A stretch of 64,000 nt of DNA from Candidatus Omnitrophota bacterium (GTDB lineage: Bacteria; Omnitrophota; Gorgyraeia; JAHJTE01): positions 4,288-68,287 of the forward strand of contig JBFMEB010000004.1 of assembly GCA_040753675.1 (NCBI GenBank). Reading direction: 5' to 3'. Below, piece after piece: positions 11,201 through 19,805 of this stretch; within the stretch, counting starts at the first letter, position 1; each line of letters opens with the position of its first letter. Below the pieces are notes generated by a model. That model searched no databases. It saw only the letters and a program-made list of their open reading frames with translations, and was not told the DNA's origin. The position numbers and the translations under genes were made by a program.

Positions 11201-11876
11201 AACGAGAAAAGATGGTAACAATCTTATCTTTGCCAAATCTAAATATCAACTTTCTTAATAACTTTTCTGCCTCTAGATAAAATCTCTCGTTGTTGTGTAA
11301 ATATTCTAAAACAGGCACAAAAAGCAGATCTTCCTTCACCCGAGGCAACTCTTTAGGTAAAGGTATATAATCTGTATTTTTTATTTGCTCTGTGCGAATA
11401 AGCATCAACTTGCCATCTCGCAATACCCAAAAGTTATGGTGGGAGCTGACAATAATCTCTCTACCACACGATGTCGTCATCAAAAACATTTTTTTTGAGG
11501 ACTGATGACGGATAAAAGAGTTTATCGACTTTAGCTCTGATTTATAATTTTTGGGATTAAAACTTAAGGTATAATACCTAAGTTTTGACGAGGCAATAAT
11601 CTCTGCATGGCGAAATCGGGTTTTCTCTTTCTGATTTTGCTTTATAATTTCATCGATAAAGTCTCCTATTTTAACTAACGCCGCCGAGAAAGTGTTTTTG
11701 TCTGTCTTCTTAAATATTAAAATTTTTTCATCTCTATCTAGGCTTTTACCTGAACCCGTCACCCCCAAAAGCACTTGACTCTTAACGCCATTTTTTAAGT
11801 TATCCACTAACTTCTCAATCGCCTGGGGCTGATCACCGCAAGGCTTAAAATTGGATACTAATTTGAATTTATCCAT
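8229..11876 (-). CDS. uvrB: Excinuclease ABC subunit B, intein-containing (657 aa mature)
   Basis: GDQPQAI, GVTGSGK|T, HNKTLAAQL, YYDYYQPEAY, DESHVT and C-terminal UVR coiled coil. Confidence 0.97.
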   Translation of the reverse strand: MDKFKLVSNFKPCGDQPQAIEKLVDNLKNGVKSQVLLGVTGSGKSLDRDEKILIFKKTDKNTFSAALVKIGDFIDEIIKQNQKEKTRFRHAEIIASSKLRYYTLSFNPKNYKSELKSINSFIRHQSSKKMFLMTTSCGREIIVSSHHNFWVLRDGKLMLIRTEQIKNTDYIPLPKELPRVKEDLLFVPVLEYLHNNERFYLEAEKLLRKLIFRFGKDKIVTIFSRYFKCGYNKLYCISRGIKGKRIPAKVFSVLLDRFNYKLNHAQLRKIKITPKTNSRQYLSAMLSVNKYILSFLGYFIAEGHSEDKYILITSFDNKTRKRLKSIFKRLNFRYSIRKNSDFQISSSLLASFICNLVGKNARNKRLPGFWPALSQKQLAVLLRAYFDGDGTIERGKGVSMTTASRELASDIAYALLRFGIWARVKKVFKRALNSSHKGDWYWRVSFYNQENLRIFAKNIGFISKDKQDKLKTEILRNPHHNLDLIFGVGPKLRQIRNILKISQDIIAQAAGIDRSAISMIESGIRNPQVRTFKKIIAVLDKYSKNNLLAKQLIEEISKLSNCRWTPVVEIKPLDYKRPYIYDISVKDNETFLAGQGGLFIHNTFTLANVIEKLNLPTLVISHNKTLAAQLYTEFKEFFPQNAVEYFVSYYDYYQPEAYIPATDTYIEKDASINERLDRLRLSATSSLMSRRDCLIVASVSCIYNLGSPQEYKSSILNFQIGEKCDKIKIAQDLVGLQYERNDFDFKPGSFRIRADFIDVFPGYMQFAYRIQLDLENVRALFTLDPLNSKVISRLERISILPAKHFMVADEQINSALVSIKAGLKQRCLELKEQGKILEAHRLATRTKYDMEMLKETGYCQGIENYSRHLSGRPAGSRPYCLIDYFPSDFLTIIDESHVTVPQIRGMYEGDKSRKQTLVEYGFRLPSCLDNRPLKFEEFLPLMNQTIYVSATPADFEIKHSNGKIIEQIIRPTGLVDPQIILRPTTGQVDDLIKEIKARADKSERTLVTTLTKRMAEDLSTYLKEEGLEVNYLHSEIDTIARSQILRDLRKKKFDCLVGINLLREGLDLPEVSLVAILDADKEGFLRSKTTLIQTAGRAARNINGTVIMYADTITDSIASAMNESSRRRKKQIQFNQRNKITPRSIKKAIVEGIEKEYEAEELLRKSVDLNSRDFEKELLIADLEKEMTIAARNLQFERAAQLRDRIKEMRNALTN
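10071..11744 (-). mobile_element. Intein (558 aa) with LAGLIDADG homing endonuclease and XRE-type HTH
   Basis: Starts at Ser (SLDRDE) after GSGK and ends IYDISV...GLFIHN before Thr+1. Contains LGYFIAEGH and LRAYFDGDG motifs. Confidence 0.93.
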
Positions 11877-11934
11877 ATTTATTTACCCAGTTAGAAAACC
11901 TCGTCCCGTTAGAAACGAAATTTTCTAACGAGAT

Positions 11935-13119
11935 TTACTTTGCTTGGAAATCTTTCCAGTGGTAGGGTTTTGTCTGATAAGGTCGTTTGAGACTCTGGAT
12001 AGGCCGACCAGGACCAACTACGTCATCTTCTAAATCAATCCGTGCAAGATATGATCCATCTAACTTACTTTCCAAAAACCAGTTACCCGGAAAGGAAATA
12101 CCAACTTCATGCACACCAATAGTCTTCGGAATTTGTGCTGATACAATAGGCATCATCGCTTGCGCTCTTGGGTCAAGATTAGACGATAATCCTATAAACT
12201 GTCCAGAAGCATTGTTTAAAAAGCCACTTAAGGAATAACTCCCCTGTGTATCAAAAACCTCTACTTCAACCAGAATATTCAATGCTTCAAACTTTCCATT
12301 ATTATCAACGTCAGCCGCTACTTCCCTCACCTTGCCTGTTAAACAAGCTGTTTGTTTAGACGCATAAACTTGTGTCCAACCAATACGCTGGAAGGTCTTT
12401 GTATCTGTGGCGTTGATGTAAATTGTATACTGGTCTGGTCTATCAAACTTCAGGGTAGCAGTATAAATACCGTCGTCTAAAACAAGGTCGCCATCTAACG
12501 CGTTATCCTTAAATATAAGCTCTTGTTCTTTATTAGTATTAAAAGAGCTTGATTTACCTGTTACTGATGCTTTTAAACATGGTTGGCCATGTTTCCTTAA
12601 TCTTACTTCAATGCGCACAGGTTCACCTAATCTAATTAATTGAATCGGCGGAACTTGCAGCATATAATCTGGTTTTTCTGATGAAATATTAATACTGTAA
12701 TTAGTTATTTTCTCTCCCTTGGCCAGATTTAATTCAATCCGCCAAAGACCCGAAATAGGCCTGTCGAAAACGAGTGTATGAGACTTCATACCCTTGCCCT
12801 TGGCAGTGATTTTTTCTATCCTAATAGAATAATCTGATGATAGATCTGTTGGATCAATGCGTCTGCCATCAGGTAGAATAAAAACTACCTTTACTTTGCC
12901 AAGGTCAAATCCAAAAGAGGGTCCAAAAGAAAGCAAGCCGCTGGTGACACTAACTCTTATACGTAACTGCGAAGCCGGATCAACAAGAAATTGATGTACA
13001 ATTGTCTGGTCAGGTAAAATCTTACCACTTATCTCTGCAATTTGTTCAGCAAATACTAATTTAGGCGTCAAAAAAAATAGAATGTTTAACAAAAATAAAA
13101 TACTTAATTTTTTGTTCAT
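11935..13119 (-). CDS. Secreted hypothetical protein with Asp-rich beta-sandwich (choice-of-anchor X-like) motif
   Basis: N-terminal signal peptide ending VFA-E; DNALDGDLVLDDGIYTA and DVDNNGKF motifs. Confidence 0.6.
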   Translation of the reverse strand: MNKKLSILFLLNILFFLTPKLVFAEQIAEISGKILPDQTIVHQFLVDPASQLRIRVSVTSGLLSFGPSFGFDLGKVKVVFILPDGRRIDPTDLSSDYSIRIEKITAKGKGMKSHTLVFDRPISGLWRIELNLAKGEKITNYSINISSEKPDYMLQVPPIQLIRLGEPVRIEVRLRKHGQPCLKASVTGKSSSFNTNKEQELIFKDNALDGDLVLDDGIYTATLKFDRPDQYTIYINATDTKTFQRIGWTQVYASKQTACLTGKVREVAADVDNNGKFEALNILVEVEVFDTQGSYSLSGFLNNASGQFIGLSSNLDPRAQAMMPIVSAQIPKTIGVHEVGISFPGNWFLESKLDGSYLARIDLEDDVVGPGRPIQSLKRPYQTKPYHWKDFQAK

Positions 13120-14000
13120 TTTATCCCCCTGGTAACAATCTCTAAAGCAAGATTAACGGCTTTGGCAGAATGGGTTAAACTACCTACAGAAATTAAATCT
13201 ATTCCAGTTTTAGCTATTCTTTCAACATTTTCTAAATTTACGCCGCCAGAAACCTCAAGAAGTGTTTTACGAAGCGATAAATCATTTCTAATTCTGACCG
13301 CCATTCGTATTAAATCGACATTGAAATTATCTAACATTATAATATCAGGTCTTGCTTTTAATGCTGCATTAAATTCACTTAAATTAGCTACCTCAATCTC
13401 TACTATTTTGCCTTTTGCATTTTTCCTCGTAGAATAAATTGCCTCTTTAATAACCTTCTCTTTAAAGTTATCGCTCTTTAGTAATAACCTAAGATGATTT
13501 GTCTTTATTAAAACTGCTTCAGAGAGACTCTTACGGTGATTAAAACCTCCCCCTACGCGCACAGCATATTTCTGTAAAGTTCTTAGTCCAGGTATCGTTT
13601 TACGGGTATCCAGTATTTTTACGTTATTAGGATAAACTCTTCTAACAAACTCATGGGTCTGGGTAGCAATTCCGGAAAGATGCGACAGGTAATTAAGCGC
13701 GACTCTTTCTGCAGAAAGTATTGCCCTGGCCTTGCCAAAGATACTTAAAACCTTTGTATTCTTCTTTATCTGGTCCGCGTCGCAATAATAAGCTTTAAAA
13801 TTTATTTTTGGGTCAATTGTTTTAAAAGTGCTCTTGACTAAAGAAAGTCCAGCTAAAATGCAGTCTTGCTTAACGATTATATCTGCGCGCACCTTTAAAT
13901 TAGCCTCAATTAAGTTTTGTGTAGTTATATCAGAGAACGCAGCATCTTCTTTTAAGGCAGCTTTAAGAATATTTTTAAAATCAGCTTGCTTTAAGTGCAT
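13116..14000 (-). CDS. nadC: Nicotinate-nucleotide pyrophosphorylase (carboxylating)
   Basis: AERVALN, DTRKTIPGLR, IEIEV, IMLDN, EVSGG. Confidence 0.96.
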   Translation of the reverse strand: MHLKQADFKNILKAALKEDAAFSDITTQNLIEANLKVRADIIVKQDCILAGLSLVKSTFKTIDPKINFKAYYCDADQIKKNTKVLSIFGKARAILSAERVALNYLSHLSGIATQTHEFVRRVYPNNVKILDTRKTIPGLRTLQKYAVRVGGGFNHRKSLSEAVLIKTNHLRLLLKSDNFKEKVIKEAIYSTRKNAKGKIVEIEVANLSEFNAALKARPDIIMLDNFNVDLIRMAVRIRNDLSLRKTLLEVSGGVNLENVERIAKTGIDLISVGSLTHSAKAVNLALEIVTRGIK

Positions 14001-16731
14001 CGAGAATCCTTTTTAATTTCTCCAAACTATTTTTATTAAATTCTAACTTTTCTTTTTGGGCATCCACAACCTCCTGAGGCGCTTTTTTTAAAAATTCATT
14101 ATTCCTTAGCTGCTTATCTATACCTAAAATTAAGCTATTTAGTTCAATCTTTTTCTTTTCAATTCGCTTAATTTGCTCTACAACATCTCCTAAGTCTGAT
14201 AAGGGCACATAAATACTAAAACCTGCTTCTACGTCGGCAATTGCTTTTTGGGGTTTTTCAGCACTTTGCTTAAAAGTTACTGAACTAGATTTTGCCAAGA
14301 TTTTAAATTTATTAGCTAGACTTTGCAAAAATTCACAATCCTCTTTAGCCCCTCCTACAATTTGGCACTCAATTAATTGCGAAGGCGCTAAGGATAGCTT
14401 AGCTCTCAAATTCCTGACTCGGCTGACTAAAGAAATAAATTTGTCAAACTGAGCTTCCAATTCTAAATCAACAAATTCTTTTTTGTAAACTGGATATTGA
14501 GCTATCATTATTGAACCTGCTCTGCTGGAGAGTCGAGAGAATATTTCTTCGCTGATAAACGGCATAAAGGGATGTAATAATTTTAAAAACTCAACTAAAC
14601 AATATATTAGAACCGATTTTGTAATCTGGCGGTGAGGCAGACAATCATCTTTTGCCATTTCAATAAACCAATCGCAAAATTCATGCCAGAAAAATTCATA
14701 TAATAGCTTAGAACTTTCATTAAAATCAAAATTATCTAATGCAGCAGTTACATTTTTAATCGTCCTATTTAGCCGACTTAAAATCCAACGCTCCTGAATA
14801 TTTAATTCTTCGCTTTTTAGGGCAGGCAAGGCATCTACTTTAAAATTCATTAATATAAATCTAGAGGCATTCCAAATCTTGTTGGCAAAATTTCTGCCCA
14901 TCTGAAATTTTTCGGCCGATAAGAAAACATCCTGGCCGGTTGCAGTTATCGACACTAAACTAAACCGCAATGCGTCAGCCCCGAATTGCGAGATAATTTC
15001 CAATGGGTCAATAACATTGCCTAAAGACTTTGACATCTTCTTGCCTTCAATATCCCTGACCGTACCGTGGATGTAGACATTGCGAAAAGGCACATCTGCA
15101 ATGAATTCCAATCCAGCCATAATCATACGTGCTACCCAGAAGAAAATTATTTCTGGCGCCGTAACTAATACAGAAGTTGGATAGAAATACTTTAGGTCTT
15201 CTTCGTCTCTCGTCTCTCGTCTCTCGTCTCTCGTCTCAAACGGCCAGCCAAACGTAGCAAAAGGCCATAACCAACTCGAAAACCAAGTATCCAACACATC
15301 TTCATCCTGGACAATGTTACTGCCGCTGCAATTCGGGCATTTTTCCGGCTTTATTTTCGAGACAATGATTCCCTTTTTGTTTACAGTTGGCTGTTTACTG
15401 TTTACAGTAAAAGATTTTTCTGTTAACTGTTCACTGTTAACTGTACACTCGTTTGCCTGTTTTAAACAGTCTTTACAATAATAGACAGGCAAACGATGTC
15501 CCCACCAAATCTGGCGTGATATACACCAGTCTCCAATATTTTGCATCCAATTTAAATAAACCTTTCGCCAGCGAGATGGATGGAATTTAATTTTGCCTTT
15601 CTTTACCGCCTCTATTGCCGGTTTTGCCAAGGGTTTCATTTTCACAAACCATTGCTTTGATAAATATGGTTCAATTATAGTGTGGCATCTATAGCAATGG
15701 CCAGCGGATAAAGGATAATCTACTATTTTTTCTAAGTTTCCCCTTGTCTTTAAATCCTCTAAGACAATCTCTCTCGCTTTAAATCTGTCTAAGCCGCAAT
15801 ATTTACCAGCATTGCCATTCAAAATTCCATCTGGCTGCATAATATTTATGAATTGGAGATCATGCTTTTTCCCTAATAGATAGTCGTTATGATCATGGGC
15901 CGGCGTTACCTTAACCGCTCCTGTTCCAAACTTCATATCTACCATATTATCAGCAATTATTTTTATTTCTCTATTTACTAAAGGCAGAATCAGGGCTTGA
16001 CCGATAAACTTTTTATAACGTTTGTCTTTTGGGTTAACTGCAACCGCGCTATCACCCAACATTGTCTCAGGCCGAGTAGTAGCAACTACTATAAACTCTC
16101 TTTTATTTTCTTTGAAAGGATACTTTAAATAATAAAGATGTCCGCGTAACTCGCTATGCGGCGCCTCTTCATCTGAAAGAGCAGTTTGACATCGAGGGCA
16201 CCAATTGATGATATAATCACCCTGATAAATTAAACCCTTGTCGTAAAGGCGTGCGAATACCTCGCTGACCGCTAGAGAATAGCCTTCGTCCAGGGTAAAA
16301 CGAGTCCTCTCCCAATCACAAGAAGCGCCTAATTTTTTAAGTTGATTTATAATAGTTGTGCCATATTGTTTCTGCCAAACCCAAACCATCTCTAAGAATT
16401 TTTCCCTACCCAACTGCTGGCGCTTAAGGGACTCTTTTGCAAGTTGTCGCTCAACCACATTTTGAGTAGCAATGCCAGCATGGTCGGTTCCCGGCATCCA
16501 GAGAGCCTCTTTATTTTTCATACGCTGATAACGAATAAGAATATCCTGAATTGTATTATTTAGGGCATGTCCCATATGCAGTATTCCCGTGATATTAGGC
16601 GGAGGGATAACTATAGAGAATGGTTTTTTTGAAGGGTCAGGCTTTGCGCTAAATAGATTATTGGCCTGCCAGAAGCTATACCACTTATCCTCTACTTCTT
16701 TAGGATTGTATTGCTTAGATAGTTCATCCAT
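13981..16731 (-). CDS. valS: Valine--tRNA ligase
   Basis: PPPNITGILHMGHA (HIGH), KMSKS, DWCISRQIWWGH. Confidence 0.98.
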   Translation of the reverse strand: MDELSKQYNPKEVEDKWYSFWQANNLFSAKPDPSKKPFSIVIPPPNITGILHMGHALNNTIQDILIRYQRMKNKEALWMPGTDHAGIATQNVVERQLAKESLKRQQLGREKFLEMVWVWQKQYGTTIINQLKKLGASCDWERTRFTLDEGYSLAVSEVFARLYDKGLIYQGDYIINWCPRCQTALSDEEAPHSELRGHLYYLKYPFKENKREFIVVATTRPETMLGDSAVAVNPKDKRYKKFIGQALILPLVNREIKIIADNMVDMKFGTGAVKVTPAHDHNDYLLGKKHDLQFINIMQPDGILNGNAGKYCGLDRFKAREIVLEDLKTRGNLEKIVDYPLSAGHCYRCHTIIEPYLSKQWFVKMKPLAKPAIEAVKKGKIKFHPSRWRKVYLNWMQNIGDWCISRQIWWGHRLPVYYCKDCLKQANECTVNSEQLTEKSFTVNSKQPTVNKKGIIVSKIKPEKCPNCSGSNIVQDEDVLDTWFSSWLWPFATFGWPFETRDERRETRDEEDLKYFYPTSVLVTAPEIIFFWVARMIMAGLEFIADVPFRNVYIHGTVRDIEGKKMSKSLGNVIDPLEIISQFGADALRFSLVSITATGQDVFLSAEKFQMGRNFANKIWNASRFILMNFKVDALPALKSEELNIQERWILSRLNRTIKNVTAALDNFDFNESSKLLYEFFWHEFCDWFIEMAKDDCLPHRQITKSVLIYCLVEFLKLLHPFMPFISEEIFSRLSSRAGSIMIAQYPVYKKEFVDLELEAQFDKFISLVSRVRNLRAKLSLAPSQLIECQIVGGAKEDCEFLQSLANKFKILAKSSSVTFKQSAEKPQKAIADVEAGFSIYVPLSDLGDVVEQIKRIEKKKIELNSLILGIDKQLRNNEFLKKAPQEVVDAQKEKLEFNKNSLEKLKRILDALKAS
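15203..15237. repeat. (TCGTCTC)x5 in-frame heptamer repeat inside valS
   Basis: Five perfect 7-mers encoding ETRDERRETRDE. Confidence 0.9.
15378..15449. repeat. Degenerate heptamer arrays inside the valS zinc-knuckle loop
   Basis: CTGTTAA/CTGTTCA/CTGTTTA units encoding CTVNSEQLTE and TVNSKQPTVN. Confidence 0.75.
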
Positions 16732-16790
16732 GTTTAATCTTATTAGTGAATATTATGATTTTTGGTAGGCCTTTAAAAGAAAAAAGATAA

Positions 16791-18368
16791 TCAGGTATTA
16801 TTAATCTTATCCTTAATGAGTTTATACTCCACGCTATCGACTAACGCCTGCCAGCTCGCTTCAATAATGTTCTCAGATACTCCCACTGTGCCCCAAGACT
16901 CTTTTTCATCCTGCGATTGAATTAATACCCGCACCTTTGCTGCGGTACCAGATTTTGCGTCAAGCACTCGCACTTTAAAATCTGTCAAGCGCATCTTGGA
17001 TAGTGACGGATAAAAGCCTTTAAGCGATTTCCTTAAAGCATTATCTAAGGCATTGACCGGGCCATCGCCTTCAGCCGTGGTATGTTCCTGAACTTCATTC
17101 ACTTTTAATTTAATTGTCGCTTCGCTAACTAATTTGCCGTGCTCTTTTTTCTCGATAATAACCCGAAAGCCCTCTAAATGGAAAAATTGTTTATATTTCT
17201 TAAATGCCTTCTCTAAAAGTAAGGCAAAGGAGCCGTCTGCGGCCTCAAATTGATATCCTTTATGCTCTAGGTCCTGGATAAGTTTTAGTAACTGTTTTGC
17301 TTGGGGCGACTTTTTATTAAGATCAAACTCTAATTCCTTAGCTTTGATTACCAAAGGAGTTTTACCTGCCAACTCCGAGACGAGAATTTTTCGAGAATTC
17401 CCAACTCTCTCTGGCTCGATATGCTCATATGTCTTGGGATTTTTCATCATTGCATCTATGTGCACGCCACCTTTATGAGCAAAAGCGCTATGGCCCACAA
17501 AAGGAAGATTATCTGGATGTTTGATATTAGCTACTTCGCTAATAAACCTAGCCACTTCAGTAAGTTTTTTAAGCTGGCTGTCACTAATGCAATCAATATT
17601 TAACTTCAATTGAGCTATTGCAATTATCGCACAAAGGTCAGCATTGCCGCAACGCTCACCTAAGCCATTAAAAGTTCCCTGGACTTGAAGACATCCTGCC
17701 TGGATTGCCGCGATTGAGTTAGCCACCGCTAAACCCATATCATTATGAGTATGAATTCCTAACGGTAGACTAATGATATTTTTAACGTCGTGAATAATCT
17801 TAATCAAATCCGAAGTGAGGGTTCCCCCGTTCGTATCGCAAAGAACGATTACGCTTGCACCAGAAGAGGCTGCGATACGCAAAGTTTCTAACGCATAAGT
17901 ACGATTTGATCTATAGGCATCGAAGAAGTGTTCGGCATCATAGAAAACTGTAAGTTTCTTGGAAACCAGAAATTTAATACTGTTTGAAATTATTTTAAGA
18001 TTATCCTCTAAGCTCACTTTCAGCACATCTTTAACATGCAGATCCCAAGATTTACCGAATATGGTAACTGTTTTTGTGCCCGCATCTACTAATCTGACTA
18101 AATTCTCATCAGTGCTTGCCTTTTTATCTACCCTATGTGTAGAGCCAAAGGCAACTAACTGGCTAAAGGCCAAAGGGTGTTTCTGGAAATATTTAAAAAC
18201 TTCTCTATCTTTAGTATTAGAAGGCCAACCTGCTTCAATGTAATGGATGCCTAACTCGTCCAACACAGAGGTAATTCTAATCTTATCTTCCAAAGAAAAG
18301 GAAACTCCCTGTGTTTGAGCGCCATCGCGCAATGTCGTATCATAAAGCATTAATTGTTTTAAGCTCAT
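16791..18368 (-). CDS. cimA: Citramalate synthase (LeuA/CimA family)
   Basis: YDTTLRDGAQ, GKSWDLHV, YDAEHFFD, HTHND, GERCGNAD, HKGGVH. Start placed at 18368, after a GAGG SD. Confidence 0.88.
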   Translation of the reverse strand: MSLKQLMLYDTTLRDGAQTQGVSFSLEDKIRITSVLDELGIHYIEAGWPSNTKDREVFKYFQKHPLAFSQLVAFGSTHRVDKKASTDENLVRLVDAGTKTVTIFGKSWDLHVKDVLKVSLEDNLKIISNSIKFLVSKKLTVFYDAEHFFDAYRSNRTYALETLRIAASSGASVIVLCDTNGGTLTSDLIKIIHDVKNIISLPLGIHTHNDMGLAVANSIAAIQAGCLQVQGTFNGLGERCGNADLCAIIAIAQLKLNIDCISDSQLKKLTEVARFISEVANIKHPDNLPFVGHSAFAHKGGVHIDAMMKNPKTYEHIEPERVGNSRKILVSELAGKTPLVIKAKELEFDLNKKSPQAKQLLKLIQDLEHKGYQFEAADGSFALLLEKAFKKYKQFFHLEGFRVIIEKKEHGKLVSEATIKLKVNEVQEHTTAEGDGPVNALDNALRKSLKGFYPSLSKMRLTDFKVRVLDAKSGTAAKVRVLIQSQDEKESWGTVGVSENIIEASWQALVDSVEYKLIKDKINNT

Positions 18369-18548
18369 CGAATTCCTCTTTTTTATAATAATAGGGCGTC
18401 GCAAAAGCTCCGCCCTTGATTACATTGATTAAATTGTAGATTACGCAGATTAAAAACATCTTCTGCTTTTTTATCTGTGTAATCTTTTTTTAAAATCTGT
18501 GTAATCATAGGCTGGAACGTTTTTTAGTGACAGCCTTTTTAAAATAAG

Positions 18549-19805
18549 TTAGCGCAGCTTATTCAACCCAAATTTAGAATGTAATACCCGCATTGCCCGA
18601 TTGGCATGCTTTTTCTTAATAATACAGGATATGCTTATCTCGCTGGTAGAAATCATTTCGATATTAATTTTTTCTTTTGCCAATATTTCAAACATCTTCG
18701 CTGCTACGCCCGGATAAGACTTCATCCCTACGCCAACAAGAGAGACACGCGCAATATCCTCATCACTAATACAATCGCCTGCGCCAATCGACGCTGCCAC
18801 GTTTCTGGCAATCCTCATTGCCTTGGGTAATTCATTTTTAAAAACCGTAAAGGAAATATCTGTAGCTCGAGTGCGGCTAACATTTTGAACTATCATGTCC
18901 ACATTAACATCTGCACTGGATATGCGTTTAAAAAGTTTTGCCGCTATGCCCGGCCTATCTGGAACATCGCAAACAGTAATTTTTGCCTCTCCCTTATTTA
19001 AAGTAATTCCTCTGATTAGGGCATCTTCCATCTCGCCTACCTCCTTAATCTTCAAACTCTTTAAATCAGAAATAGATTTTGCAATATACGAGCCGTCATT
19101 TTTATGAAACGAGGAACGCACATGAATCGGAACATTGAATTTCTTAGCTACCTCAATCGAGCGTACTTGCATAACTTGTGCGCCCAAAGAAGCTAACTCC
19201 AGCATCTCATCATAATTAATAAATGATAATTTTTTTGAGTCTTTTACAATTCTCGGATCAGCAGTAAATATACCTTCTACGTCAGTATATATCTCGCACA
19301 TATCTGCATTAAGCGCTTTTGCCAAAGCCACCGCAGTCAGGTCTGAACCGCCACGGCCTAAGGTAGTGATATCGTTCTCTGAAGTCACTCCCTGAAAACC
19401 AGCAACTATGACAATGTAACCTTGCGCCAAGTGTTTATTGATTCTGCGGGAATCAATTTTTAAAATGCGTGCTCTAGTATGATGCCGATCAGTAACAATG
19501 CCTACTTGCGAACCAGTTAAAGACAATGCTTTAAAACCCAGTTTGTGTATCGCCATTGCCAGAAGTGCGACAGAAATCTGCTCACCGGTAGAAAGCAACA
19601 TATCCATTTCTCGTTCCGAAGGATTGGTATTAATCTGGCTGGCTAAATCCACCAATTCATCGGTAGTATCCCCTAAAGCAGACACAACTGCCACAACATT
19701 GAAATTTTTCTTTTTATATTCCACCACGCGCCGGGCAACGCGCTTAATCCTCTGGGGATTAGCAACAGAAGAGCCGCCAAATTTTAAAACCACTAATTTA
19801 TGCAT
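18549..19805 (-). CDS. lysC: Aspartate kinase with ACT domains
   Basis: KFGGSSV, TTLGRGGSD, YTDVEG..TADPR, ISTSEI. Confidence 0.96.
   Translation of the reverse strand: MHKLVVLKFGGSSVANPQRIKRVARRVVEYKKKNFNVVAVVSALGDTTDELVDLASQINTNPSEREMDMLLSTGEQISVALLAMAIHKLGFKALSLTGSQVGIVTDRHHTRARILKIDSRRINKHLAQGYIVIVAGFQGVTSENDITTLGRGGSDLTAVALAKALNADMCEIYTDVEGIFTADPRIVKDSKKLSFINYDEMLELASLGAQVMQVRSIEVAKKFNVPIHVRSSFHKNDGSYIAKSISDLKSLKIKEVGEMEDALIRGITLNKGEAKITVCDVPDRPGIAAKLFKRISSADVNVDMIVQNVSRTRATDISFTVFKNELPKAMRIARNVAASIGAGDCISDEDIARVSLVGVGMKSYPGVAAKMFEILAKEKINIEMISTSEISISCIIKKKHANRAMRVLHSKFGLNKLR

Noticed and set aside
16732-18548. T-box or lysine/SAM riboswitches near valS, cimA and lysC
   Set aside because: Intergenic gaps are short or filled by short-repeat arrays; no T-box or aptamer consensus visible.
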